64,000 bases of DNA, taken from contig JAWOHH010000139.1 in the NCBI GenBank assembly GCA_046496215.1, forward strand, positions 8,346 through 72,345, written 5' to 3'. A program made the translations under genes and the position numbers. Below the pieces are notes generated by a model. The model saw only the letters and a program-made list of their open reading frames with translations. It had not been told where the DNA came from and searched no databases. This stretch comes from Desulfobacterales bacterium (GTDB lineage: Bacteria; Desulfobacterota; Desulfobacteria; Desulfobacterales; SpSt-501). Shown piece by piece: positions 9,099 to 18,474 of this stretch (position 1 is its first letter; the number at the start of each line of letters is the position of its first letter).

Positions 9099-10244
9099 TC
9101 ACTCCGCGTACAGGGCCAGCCCCAGCTCCCTGGCATTGAGAACACTTGGTGCCGCCGGTGGCGGGTTGGCCCCCAGAAAAAGCATGATGTCCGCCCGGTT
9201 CCACACGGGCTTTCCGGTCAATAGCCCCGCCACGTTGGCCGCCGCCAGAATGGCCATCCCCTCCCGGGTCCAGCGGGTGGCGGAGGCGATGTGGGGAACG
9301 ATGACGACGTTGTCCAGCTCCGCCAGGCCGGGGGCCAGCTGCGGCTCGTTCTCGAACACGTCCAGCCCGGCGCGGAAATTCGGATGGGACCGGCAGTGCG
9401 CCACAAGGGCCGCCTCGTCGATCACCGGCCCGCGGCTGGTGTTCACCATGACGGCATTGGGCTTCATCCGGGCCAGCCGCTCGGCATTGATCATGCGGCG
9501 GGTGGAGTCGTCCAGGACTGTGTGAATGCTGACCACGTCGGCGGCCCGCAGCAGGTCGTCCACCTGCGCCGCCCGCCGGCAAGTCACGGGCCGTTGGCCG
9601 TGGGCCAACAGGAAGCGGCCGTAGTCCGCCGCGTAGCGCTCGAGGGCCTCGTTGCGCTGAAGGTCGAAGTAGAGGACCTCCATCTTGTGGCCCTCCATCA
9701 TCATCCGCGCGTAGGCCTCCCCGATGCGGCCGGCGCCGATGAGGCCCAGCGTCTTTCCTCGGAGCAATTCGCCCAGAAAAAGGGTGGGCAGCCAGGCGCT
9801 ATAGCACCCAGCGCGCAGGAACCGCTCGGACTCGCCCACGCGCCGCGCGGCGGCAAAGGTCAGCGCCACCGCCATCTCCGCGGTGGTTTCCGTGAGCACG
9901 CCGGGCGTGTTGCCCACCGGGATCCCGTGGCGCGTGGCGGCGGCCAGGTCGACGTTGTTGAACCCCACGGCGTAGTTGCTGTAGGCCCGGCCTCCCGCCG
10001 CCTTGAGGGCCGAGAACAGCTCCTCCCCCCACTCCTCGGTCAGCTGCCCGATGGCCCCGTCGCAGCGAACACCGAAAGCGGACCGGATCTCGGCCCGGCT
10101 CAGCACCGCCTCGGAGGTGCAGACCTCCACGCGGCAGCCGGCGGCGGCCAGGATCTCCACCCAGCGCGTCCCCGGCAGATCCTTTGTGACGATCACCCGC
10201 ATCGGCCCGGTGGGGTGATGGGTTTTCCAGGCAGCTCCAGCCAT
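9099..10244 (-). CDS. D-glycerate dehydrogenase / hydroxypyruvate reductase (plant HPR1-like)
   Basis: 2-hydroxyacid dehydrogenase motifs GAGRIG, NTSRGPVIDE, LDVFENEP, PHIASA; also GQLTEEWGEELFSAL and GNTPGVLTETTAE as recalled for plant peroxisomal HPR. Confidence 0.85.
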   Translation of the reverse strand: MAGAAWKTHHPTGPMRVIVTKDLPGTRWVEILAAAGCRVEVCTSEAVLSRAEIRSAFGVRCDGAIGQLTEEWGEELFSALKAAGGRAYSNYAVGFNNVDLAAATRHGIPVGNTPGVLTETTAEMAVALTFAAARRVGESERFLRAGCYSAWLPTLFLGELLRGKTLGLIGAGRIGEAYARMMMEGHKMEVLYFDLQRNEALERYAADYGRFLLAHGQRPVTCRRAAQVDDLLRAADVVSIHTVLDDSTRRMINAERLARMKPNAVMVNTSRGPVIDEAALVAHCRSHPNFRAGLDVFENEPQLAPGLAELDNVVIVPHIASATRWTREGMAILAAANVAGLLTGKPVWNRADIMLFLGANPPPAAPSVLNARELGLALYAE

Positions 10245-10282
10245 GCCGACTCGCCCTTTCCTGCTTTCCCCGCGCACCGGCG

Positions 10283-11755
10283 TCACGGCGGCGCTTCCAC
10301 GCGCACCGGCGCAGCGTCCGCCCGGCCGGATGGGTTGGTGTACATGTCGTTCAGTTTCTGCACGTAGGCCTGGGAGTCCTCAAGCACCTTCGCAAGGCTG
10401 CGGGCGGAGCGGCGGCCCCACCCGGCCGGTTGGCGCCGTAAAAGGGTCCGGAACCAGCGGCTGTTCTTGCGGAAGGCCTGCAGGGTGCCTGAAAGCGCTC
10501 CGTTTGCGGCCTCGCCCGAGGTGAGCCGACGCGCGATTCGCCCGGCCGCCCAGCGCCGGATCGTGAAATGCACATAGACGGCGGCGGCGGCCAGGATGAC
10601 CAGCAGGGCGGTCCGAACCGCCGGGTACGGCGCGAGGGATTCCCACGGCGGCAGGCGCAGCCGGAGGCCCTGCCAGTAGCCGCCGTGCAGGGTGCCTGCG
10701 AAAAACAGGAGCAGCACGGCGCCCAGCAAAACGCCGTCCGCCCAGAGCGTCAGCCGCCGCCACTCCGACAAAAAGCGCTGCAGCCGCGGCACGGCCTCCT
10801 GCGCCAGCATGCGGGCGGTCTGCTCCAGCATCCCCACGATGCGATAGGCCCGCTCGACGCCCACCTGTTCGATCCGCTGGTAGATGGCGCTGAGGTGAAC
10901 ATCGCGCTTGCCTTCCATGCGCGCCCGGGTGGCCGCATCCGCGATGGGCAGGGCCTGCTCCGGGATGTAGACGGCATAGCAGCGGCCCGCCGTGAGCCCG
11001 GATTGGGCCAGGGCCCGCTGCCAGGAGGCGAACACCTCCTCGGCGTTGTCGTCTTGGGCCGTGGCGTCGATCTGGTTGAGGATGTAGAGGAACTTGCTGG
11101 AATCCGGGCGGCCGACCGAGCGCCGCACCAGATGCTCCAGGGTGTCCTGCATGGAGCCCGACTCCGGGTGGCGGGCGTCGAAGAACACCAGCACCAGGTC
11201 GGACAGGTCGATGATGTGGTCGGTGATCCGCAGGGTGGCGGTGCGCTGCGCGTCGGCATCGAACCCCGGGGAGTCGATCAGGATTCGGCCGCGCACGCTT
11301 TCGCTGGGGCAGGTTTTGAGCTGAAGATAGGCGTCGATCCGCCGTCCCTCCCCCTGGGCGACCTCTTCGATCGCCCGGCTCATGCGGTAAAAGGGGAAGC
11401 GCGGGTCGGCGTCGAGCGCCAGCCCCGGCAGCACACGCACCGATTTTTCGTCGGCGAAGCAGATGACCGTGAACTTGTCGTCCACGGCCTGGTTGCCCAC
11501 GGCCTGCAGCCGGTAGCCGAGATAGTGGTTGATGAAGCTGGATTTGCCCGAGGAGTAGACCCCCAGCACCGCGATCAGCGGCCACCAGGAGGTGCGGTCG
11601 GTATGGGATTCGTTTCGCCCCAGCAGCCCGAGGCGGCGGCTGATTCGATCCAGCTCGCGGAAGCTGTCGACCACATGTTCGAGGACCGGGTTCTCCTGCT
11701 TGAGGCGCCGCTTCAAATCGCGCAGCTTCTTGCCGACCTGGGATTCCGGTACCAT
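10283..11755 (-). CDS. Dynamin-family (EHD/sarcalumenin-like) P-loop NTPase with C-terminal membrane segments
   Basis: G1 GVYSSGKSS, DDKFTVI, G3 DSPG, DLVLVFFDA, G4-like LNQID; two hydrophobic helices near the C-terminus. Confidence 0.8.
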   Translation of the reverse strand: MVPESQVGKKLRDLKRRLKQENPVLEHVVDSFRELDRISRRLGLLGRNESHTDRTSWWPLIAVLGVYSSGKSSFINHYLGYRLQAVGNQAVDDKFTVICFADEKSVRVLPGLALDADPRFPFYRMSRAIEEVAQGEGRRIDAYLQLKTCPSESVRGRILIDSPGFDADAQRTATLRITDHIIDLSDLVLVFFDARHPESGSMQDTLEHLVRRSVGRPDSSKFLYILNQIDATAQDDNAEEVFASWQRALAQSGLTAGRCYAVYIPEQALPIADAATRARMEGKRDVHLSAIYQRIEQVGVERAYRIVGMLEQTARMLAQEAVPRLQRFLSEWRRLTLWADGVLLGAVLLLFFAGTLHGGYWQGLRLRLPPWESLAPYPAVRTALLVILAAAAVYVHFTIRRWAAGRIARRLTSGEAANGALSGTLQAFRKNSRWFRTLLRRQPAGWGRRSARSLAKVLEDSQAYVQKLNDMYTNPSGRADAAPVRVEAPP

Positions 11756-12014
11756 GGGATCGCCCCGTTCCATTCCGTGCGCGGCCGGCATCGGACCGGC
11801 GGCGAGCCAGCGCCGTCCCCAACGCCTGCCGCAGGTGATGCTAGTACACATAATTGCTGGCAGGCGCAACTGCTTTTTCGTTCAGCACCGGGCGCCGTGC
11901 GAGCACCCGCGGCCCCAATTTCCGGCGGGATGCGGGCAGGCAGGTGTGCGGGGTTTTCCCTGTCCGGTGAACCGACGGCGGCCGGCGGGCGGCTCGATCG
12001 GAGGCCCCCGGCGA

Positions 12015-14039
12015 TCAGGCGGCGAGCGGCTCGATCGGGAAGCTGAAATGAAAGGCGGCCCACGCGCCGGGCTCGGACTCCGCCCAGGCCCGGCCGCCGT
12101 GCAGTTCGGCGATGTGCCTCACCGTGAACAGGCCGATGCCGCTGCCGCGCTTGCTGTGGGTGTTTGCGTCCCGCACGCGGTAGAACTTATCGAAAAGACG
12201 CTCCGCCTCGGCGCGCGGGAACCCCGCGCCCTCGTTCCGGACGCTGATCGTGACGATACCCGTCTCCACCGCCACGGCCAGGCTCGCCGGGGCGTTCTCC
12301 CGGCCGTATTTGGCGGCATTGGTGAGGAAGTTGTTGAGGGCGATGCGCAGCAGTCCCGGATCGGCCGTAACCGGCAGTTCGGCCGGGCAGCTCACGCCGA
12401 GGGTGATGTTGCGGGAGCGGAAAAACAGGGCCGTCTGGTCCACGGCCATTTCGACCACTGTCTTGGTCAGGTCGATGCGGGATTTCACCGCGGCGAGCTC
12501 CCCGCGCTCCAGGCGGGAGAGGTCCAGATAGTCCCGCACCATGTCCTGGAGCTCTTCGCAATTGCGCTGGATGCGGGTGTAGAAGTCGGAGACCTGGGGC
12601 GACACCGGCCCGAGGTAGCCGTCCACCATGGTTGCGATCAGCATCTGGATCGCGGCGAGCGGGGCCTTCAACTCGTGCGTCACGAAGCCGAGGGTCTGCA
12701 TGTAATTCTTGTTGGACTGCTCCAGCTGGCGGTTGGCCAGGCTGAGCTCCTCGTTGCGGGCGCGCAGCTCCTGGTCGCGTTTGCGGATGGCCGCCCGCAT
12801 CTCCGCAAAGGCGCCGGCAAGGCGTTTCAACTCGCGGTAGGTGTGCGGGATGGGGGCCACATGCTCCAGGTCGCCGGTGGCGAGCCGCGAGGCGGAGTGA
12901 CTCAGGGCGAGCACGGGGCGGGTGATCCGGTTGACGATCCACAGGGCGGCGCAGACGGCGATCAGCCCGACGGCGGCCACGGGAATGAGAAAGCGCGTGA
13001 TGAGGCGGTCCTGGATGTCGTCGTAGGGATCGCGCAGCAGCCCGACGTAGATCATCCCGACCGTCTTCCCGGAGGGGTCCCGCAGGGGTGTGTAGGCGCT
13101 GAGATACCAGGCGTCCACGACCAGCGCCTCGCCGCTGTAGTTCATGCCCTTTTCCAGGACGGTGTCCCGGACGGTTTCCGAGACCCGGGTGCCGATCGCC
13201 CGGGTGCTGTGCTGAGTGAGCACATTGGTGGCAACGCGCATTTCGTCCAAAAAAATGGTCACGGTGCCGCGCGGCTTGCCCTGGTAATCCTTCTCGCTGA
13301 AAACGGTATCGCGCAGGTTGTCGACCAGACCGTAGTTGAAGTTCAGCAGCCGGCCGCCGTAGATCAGCGCCGTTACCAGCCCGTTTTCGTCGGTCATCGG
13401 GCGGGCGATCCACCACATCAGGGCCGAGCGGCCCACCGGTTCCCGGCCCCCCTCTTTTTCGAAAACCACGGCCGCATTCTGGAGCGCCGCCCCGCCTTCG
13501 AGCTTGAGGCGCTCCGGCTCGAGCAGCACCGTACCCCAGGCCGTTTGGCCCTCGAGGGCTTTGCGCAGCACGGGGTCGCGTTCGAGCGGGATCCGCCGGG
13601 CCGGGTCGGAGTGGGTGCCGGCAATCGGCCGCCCATCGCTGTCGCAGAGGTTGAGAACGGTGAGGTTTAGCTCGCGTTTGATGGCGGCGAGCGTTTCAGA
13701 CAGCCCGGCGGGTCCGGAGGCGACCCGACCGGCAGCGCTCTCCAGGGCGTAGGCCAGGCGGGCCAGCTGGTCCCGATAGGCCGCCGCCACGATTTCAAGG
13801 TCCTGGTTGACCCGGGACTGGGCCTCGCTGCGCACGCTCGTGTTGATGCTGACCACCCCGATGGCCCCGATCAGAGCGGCCGGGACGAGGGCCACCGCCA
13901 GCATCGACGCCACCAGCACGGTCCGTATAGAGAGGGAAAACGGCCTGGGTTTCAATTGGTCATCGTCGAATTTCGGGTGCTGGTCCAGGGCCTCAGCCTT
14001 CGTTGAGCTTTGCGTCTGCCGCTCTGGCAACCATAGCAT
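12015..14039 (-). CDS. Membrane sensor histidine kinase (Cache/HAMP/HisKA/HATPase)
   Basis: Two TM segments, RVATNV..RAIGT Cache motif, HAMP, H-box VTHELKAP, NAAKY, GSGIGL; start uncertain. Confidence 0.9.
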   Translation of the reverse strand: MLWLPERQTQSSTKAEALDQHPKFDDDQLKPRPFSLSIRTVLVASMLAVALVPAALIGAIGVVSINTSVRSEAQSRVNQDLEIVAAAYRDQLARLAYALESAAGRVASGPAGLSETLAAIKRELNLTVLNLCDSDGRPIAGTHSDPARRIPLERDPVLRKALEGQTAWGTVLLEPERLKLEGGAALQNAAVVFEKEGGREPVGRSALMWWIARPMTDENGLVTALIYGGRLLNFNYGLVDNLRDTVFSEKDYQGKPRGTVTIFLDEMRVATNVLTQHSTRAIGTRVSETVRDTVLEKGMNYSGEALVVDAWYLSAYTPLRDPSGKTVGMIYVGLLRDPYDDIQDRLITRFLIPVAAVGLIAVCAALWIVNRITRPVLALSHSASRLATGDLEHVAPIPHTYRELKRLAGAFAEMRAAIRKRDQELRARNEELSLANRQLEQSNKNYMQTLGFVTHELKAPLAAIQMLIATMVDGYLGPVSPQVSDFYTRIQRNCEELQDMVRDYLDLSRLERGELAAVKSRIDLTKTVVEMAVDQTALFFRSRNITLGVSCPAELPVTADPGLLRIALNNFLTNAAKYGRENAPASLAVAVETGIVTISVRNEGAGFPRAEAERLFDKFYRVRDANTHSKRGSGIGLFTVRHIAELHGGRAWAESEPGAWAAFHFSFPIEPLAA

Positions 14040-14048
14040 GGAGCAATA

Positions 14049-14121
14049 GAAACCCAAACGAAATTTTCCCGCCGCAGGCGGGAAGATTCAACGCCGAAAT
14101 TGGGCTTCCGGCTTCGCCATC
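14049..14121. repeat. Partial copy of the ~125-bp palindromic intergenic element
   Basis: CAACGCCGAAATTGGGCTT (14089-14107) is identical to 63734-63752; end abuts the gntR stop codon. Confidence 0.7.
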
Positions 14122-14821
14122 AAAGGATGGTTTTTAGCTCCCGGCGTATGCCGTTCAAGTGGTCCCGCATCCACTCGGCCGCGCCGCGGCCGTCCTCGCG
14201 TTCGATGCAGGCGAACACCTGCTTCAGGGTGCGGATGGCATGGGCCCGGTAATCGGCCGAGATGAGGGTGGTCCGGAACGTTTCGTGGTGGCCGACCACT
14301 TTTTCGAGCAGAAACCTCAGCATCTCGCTGAAAATCGGGTTGAGGGTTGCATCTGCAAGTGCGGCGTGGAATTCCACGTCGGCTTTCAGGAACCGGCGGT
14401 AGTCTTCGCGGCTCTCCTCCATCTCCCGCAAGGCGAGTTTGAGCCGCTGGCGGTGAGCGCTCTCCGCTCTCTCCGCGGCGAGCTCCCCTGCGCGGCACTC
14501 GAGGGCTTCGCGCAGCTCGAGGAGGTCTATGAGGCTTCCGGCCCGCAGGGCGGCCTGCAAGGTGGAGGCGGGCAGGTCGTTGGCGGGCGGCTCGCGGGCG
14601 ACGAACGTGCCCCGGCCCTGCTGAACGTCCAGGTAGCCCATCACCGCCAGAGCATTCAGAGCCTCCCGCAGGGAGGATCGGCCGACCCCGAAACGCTTGG
14701 CAAGCTCGCGCTGGGAAGGAAGCCGGGACCCGGTGGTGATTTCGCCGCTCTTCAGTTTTTTCAGGATCTGCTCGACCACGATTTCGGGGGCCGTATTCCT
14801 GCGGACCGCTTCGAAAACCAT
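14120..14821 (-). CDS. GntR family (FadR subfamily) transcriptional regulator
   Basis: wHTH LPSQRELAKRFGVGRSSLREAL..GRGTF plus FCD domain (ADVEFHAALADATLNP). Confidence 0.93.
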   Translation of the reverse strand: MVFEAVRRNTAPEIVVEQILKKLKSGEITTGSRLPSQRELAKRFGVGRSSLREALNALAVMGYLDVQQGRGTFVAREPPANDLPASTLQAALRAGSLIDLLELREALECRAGELAAERAESAHRQRLKLALREMEESREDYRRFLKADVEFHAALADATLNPIFSEMLRFLLEKVVGHHETFRTTLISADYRAHAIRTLKQVFACIEREDGRGAAEWMRDHLNGIRRELKTIL

Positions 14822-14914
14822 TCGATTTGCCTTTTCAAAATCTCGACCGGTAAAGAGACGATGGTGGTTAAGCGGGTATCCGAGCTGGATTCATCTAAAT
14901 GCCATACCCGCAGC

Positions 14915-14969
14915 TTGACACCAGCAAGAATCCCTTGTAATATCAACTCATCAGGTCTTCAGACCAATT
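14915..14969 (+). promoter_or_regulatory. sigma70 promoter of the hypD module with a FadR-type operator
   Basis: TTGACA-17 bp-TAATAT, then palindrome GGTCTTCAGACC (14954-14965) resembling PdhR/LldR/LutR boxes. Confidence 0.7.
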
Positions 14970-14998
14970 ATTATAACAATTTGAAATAAAAGTCAATT

Positions 14999-15967
14999 AT
15001 GAATAATTTATATTGCTCTTTTTCGTCGCGCAGTCTGTTGGAGGGACCCACGCCGGAGGTGCAGGCAAGCGGTTTGATCTTCAACGTCATGCGGTTTTCC
15101 ACCCATGACGGACCAGGAATCCGTACAACAATCTTCCTAAAGGGCTGCCCGCTGCGCTGCTGGTGGTGCCACAACCCGGAAAACTGGAGCGACGTGCCAA
15201 GCGAGGTGTTTCTGGCCGCACGCTGCAACGGATGCGGGGCCTGCATCGAAGGCTGCCCCGAGGGGGCCTTGTCGCGCACCCCGCAGGGAATCACGGCCGA
15301 CCCGAGACGCTGCCGGCACTGCGGCCGGTGCGTCGAGATCTGCCCGTCCGAAGCCCGCGAGCGCACGGTGCGCGAGGCAGGTGTGACCGAGTTGGTGCAG
15401 GCGATCGAGAGAGACGCCCCGTTCTACGAGCAGTCCGGCGGCGGTGTGACCTTTTCGGGCGGCGAGCCCCTGTGCCAGCCCGGCTTCCTGCTCTGCCTGC
15501 TCGAAGCCTGCGGCCGCCTGGGGATCCACTGCGCGGTGGACACCAGCGGTCATGCCGAAACCGGGCTGCTGCTCGCGGTCGCCCGGCACACGGATCTTTT
15601 TCTGTACGACCTCAAGGCGCTGGATCCGATTCGCCACCGGGAGCAGACGGGGGTGGACAATCGCGCAATTCTGGACAATCTGGAGCACCTCTCGGAATCC
15701 GGGGCCGAAATCATCCTGCGCATCCCGCTCATCCCGGGGCTGAACGACGATGATGCGAGCATCGATTGTATCGGGGAATACATCGCGGGGCTGCCCTGCA
15801 GGCACGCGGTCGACCTGCTGCCCTTTCACCGTGCGGCCAAGGGCAAGTATCAAAAGCTCGGGTTGTGCTACCGCGGGGAGAGGACTGCCCCGCCCGAACC
15901 TGCGCGCATCGCCGAGATCGCAAAACGCCTTTCCGGATTCGGCCTGAACGTGAACGTGGGGGGGTGA
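14999..15967 (+). CDS. Glycyl-radical enzyme activating protein (radical SAM with ferredoxin insert)
   Basis: HDGPGIRTTIFLKGCPLRCWWCHNPE; two CxxCxxCxxxC motifs; GGVTFSGGEP. Confidence 0.95.
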   Translation: MNNLYCSFSSRSLLEGPTPEVQASGLIFNVMRFSTHDGPGIRTTIFLKGCPLRCWWCHNPENWSDVPSEVFLAARCNGCGACIEGCPEGALSRTPQGITADPRRCRHCGRCVEICPSEARERTVREAGVTELVQAIERDAPFYEQSGGGVTFSGGEPLCQPGFLLCLLEACGRLGIHCAVDTSGHAETGLLLAVARHTDLFLYDLKALDPIRHREQTGVDNRAILDNLEHLSESGAEIILRIPLIPGLNDDDASIDCIGEYIAGLPCRHAVDLLPFHRAAKGKYQKLGLCYRGERTAPPEPARIAEIAKRLSGFGLNVNVGG

Positions 15968-15971
15968 GGCC

Positions 15972-18332
15972 ATGAACGAACGCGTCGAACGGCTTCGACA
16001 AGAGAGCCAAAACACCCGGCCCACCGTCTCCATCGAGCGGGCCCTGCTGGTCACCGCCTTCTACAGGGAGGAGGCCGGAAAGCACTCCACGCCCGTCATG
16101 CGGGCCCTGAACTTCAAAAACCTCTGCGAAAAAAAGACCCTATATATCGGCGAGCCGGAGTTGATCGTCGGCGAGCGCGGGCCCCGGCCCAAGGCCGTGC
16201 CCACCTTCCCGGAGCTGACCTGCCACAGCGGCGAGGACCTGAGAATTTTGGACTCGCGGCCCATGATGCGCTACGGCATCTCGGCGGAGGAGATCCGCAC
16301 CTACGAGCGGGAGGTGATCCCCTACTGGCGGGCGCGCAGCATGCGCGACCGCATCTTCAGCCGGGTGCCCGACGAGTGGCAACGGGCCTACGAGGCCGGG
16401 CTGTTCACCGAGTTCATGGAACAGCGCGCGCCGGGCCACACGGCGCTGGACGGCACGATCTACGCCAAGGGCATGCTCGACTTCAAGGGCGAGATCGCCG
16501 CCGGCCTCTCCGGCCTCGATTTTCTCAACGACCCCGACGCCACGGCCAAGGCCGAGCAGCTGCGGGCGATGGACATCGCCTGCGACGCCGCCATTCTGTT
16601 TGCAGAGCGGCATGCAATGCTCGCCGAGGAGATGGCGGCCGCCGAGACCAACGCCCGCCGCCGGGCGGAACTTGCACGCATCGCAACGGTCTGCCGCCGG
16701 GTGCCGGCCCTCGCCCCGCGCGATCTCTGGGAAGCCCTGCAGATGTATTGGTTTGTACATTTGGGTACAATAACTGAGCTGAACGGCTGGGACGCCATGA
16801 CCCCTGGGCACCTCGACCAGCATCTGCAGCCGTTCTACGAGCAGGGCCTCAGAGACGGGACCCTCACGGCCGAAGAGGCCAGGGAACTCATCGCCTGCTT
16901 CTGGATCAAGGTCAACAACCACCCGGCCCCGCCGAAGGTCGGAGTCACGGCCCGGGAGAGCGGCACTTACAACGACTTCACGAACATCAACCTGGGCGGC
17001 CTGACGGGCGACGGCGAAAGCGCGGTGAGCGAGCTGAGCACCCTCATTTTGGAGGTGGCCGATGCGCTGCACGTGCTTCAGCCCCAAGCGAGCGTGCACA
17101 TCAGCGACAAGACCCCGGAGCGCTTCCTCAGGGAGGCCTGCCGCGTGATCCGAAGGGGTCGCGGGTTTCCTTCCGTGTTCAATGCGGACGCCACGGTGCT
17201 CGAGATGCTGCGCGCGGGCAAGCGCCTCGAGGACGCCCGGGAGGGCGGCTGCAGCGGCTGCGTCGAAACCGGGGCCTTCGGCAAGGAGGCCTACATCCTG
17301 ACGGGCTATCTCAACGTGCCCAAGGTGCTGGAGCTGGCATTGAACAACGGCGTCGACCCCCGGACCGGCAAAGCGGTCGGGCCGCCGACCGGCGCCGCTG
17401 CCGAGTTCACCTCCTTCGAGCAGCTCTATGCGGCCTTCGAAAAACAGCTCGAGTGGGTCGTGGACCTGAAGGTCCGGGTGAACAACTTCATCGAGCGCAT
17501 GTTCGCCGACCATTCACCGGCGCCGTTTCTCTCTGTCGTCATCAGCGACTGCATTGCCAAGGGGCGTGACTACTATGACGGCGGGCCGCGCTACAACACC
17601 AACTACATTCCGTGCTGCGGCATCGGCACGGTCACCGACAGCCTCTCCGCCCTCGACACCCACGTGTACAGGGAGAAGACGATCGGCATGCCGCGGTTGA
17701 TGCGGGCCCTCGCCCACGACTTTCAGGGCGAGGAGGCCCTGCGCAACCGGCTCAGGAACAAGACCCCCTTCTTCGGCAACGACGACCCGCGCGCCGATGC
17801 CATCATGCAGCGTGTCTACCACTCCCTGTTCAGCACCATCGACGGCCGGCCGAACACAAAGGGCGGAAACTATCACTTGAATATGCTCTCGACGACCTGC
17901 CATGTCTACTTCGGCAAAATGCTGGGGGCCACCCCCAACGGCCGCCTAGCCGGGGCCCCGGAATCCGACGGCACCTCCCCGTCCCACGGCGCGGACCGCT
18001 GCGGGCCGACGGCGGTGATCCACTCGCTCGCCAGGATGGACCAGGTCAAATCCGGCGGCACGCTGCTCAACATGCGCTTGCTGCCGAGCGCCCTCGCCTC
18101 CGAGGGCGACCTGGAAAAGCTCGCCCACCTCATCCGGACCTATTTCCGGATGGGCGGCCACCACATCCAGTTCAACGTGGTGGACACCGAAACCCTGCAC
18201 CGGGCACAGACCGAGCCCGAGAACTACCGCGACCTGCTCGTGCGCGTGGCCGGCTACAGCGACTACTTCGTCGACCTGGACGTCCACCACCAGGAGGAGA
18301 TCATCAACCGCACGGCACAACCTGTCTGGTAG
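15972..18332 (+). CDS. hypD: Glycyl radical enzyme, trans-4-hydroxy-L-proline dehydratase
   Basis: FTEFMEQRAPGH, WDA, PAPPKVG, ESGTYNDF, SGCVE, LTGY, LSTTCH and RVAGYS match the recalled C. difficile HypD active-site residues. Confidence 0.88.
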   Translation: MNERVERLRQESQNTRPTVSIERALLVTAFYREEAGKHSTPVMRALNFKNLCEKKTLYIGEPELIVGERGPRPKAVPTFPELTCHSGEDLRILDSRPMMRYGISAEEIRTYEREVIPYWRARSMRDRIFSRVPDEWQRAYEAGLFTEFMEQRAPGHTALDGTIYAKGMLDFKGEIAAGLSGLDFLNDPDATAKAEQLRAMDIACDAAILFAERHAMLAEEMAAAETNARRRAELARIATVCRRVPALAPRDLWEALQMYWFVHLGTITELNGWDAMTPGHLDQHLQPFYEQGLRDGTLTAEEARELIACFWIKVNNHPAPPKVGVTARESGTYNDFTNINLGGLTGDGESAVSELSTLILEVADALHVLQPQASVHISDKTPERFLREACRVIRRGRGFPSVFNADATVLEMLRAGKRLEDAREGGCSGCVETGAFGKEAYILTGYLNVPKVLELALNNGVDPRTGKAVGPPTGAAAEFTSFEQLYAAFEKQLEWVVDLKVRVNNFIERMFADHSPAPFLSVVISDCIAKGRDYYDGGPRYNTNYIPCCGIGTVTDSLSALDTHVYREKTIGMPRLMRALAHDFQGEEALRNRLRNKTPFFGNDDPRADAIMQRVYHSLFSTIDGRPNTKGGNYHLNMLSTTCHVYFGKMLGATPNGRLAGAPESDGTSPSHGADRCGPTAVIHSLARMDQVKSGGTLLNMRLLPSALASEGDLEKLAHLIRTYFRMGGHHIQFNVVDTETLHRAQTEPENYRDLLVRVAGYSDYFVDLDVHHQEEIINRTAQPVW
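16753..16770. promoter_or_regulatory. Intragenic 18-bp palindrome TTGTACATTTGGGTACAA (putative operator)
   Basis: TTGTAC-N6-GTACAA within an AT-rich codon patch of hypD; same motif as 18475 and 18506. Confidence 0.5.
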
Positions 18333-18351
18333 GAAAAAAGGGGGGAATAAA

Positions 18352-18407
18352 GGGTCCAGAGTTCAGGGTGATGGATGCGGGGTTCAAGGTTTATGGTTCA
18401 AGGTTGG
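18352..18407 (+). repeat. Degenerate heptamer tandem repeat (NGGTTCA-like, 8 units)
   Basis: gggtcca gagttca gggtgat ggatgcg gggttca aggttta tggttca aggttgg. Confidence 0.55.
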
Positions 18408-18474
18408 TAAAACAATCGTTCGGAATTGTTCAAGCGATGGGAACGGCGCTGTTTACCCTGACAAAGCGCAATTA

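Noticed and set aside
11592-13670. 692-aa plus-strand ORF and many other long antisense ORFs (e.g. 28677-30347, 42237-44015, 50391-52313, 61833-63590)
   Set aside because: Shadow frames opposite well-supported genes in high-GC DNA; no recognisable motifs.
15972-18332. Pyruvate formate-lyase or a novel-substrate GRE
   Set aside because: No adjacent Cys-Cys pair as in PFL, and the HypD substrate residues are all retained.
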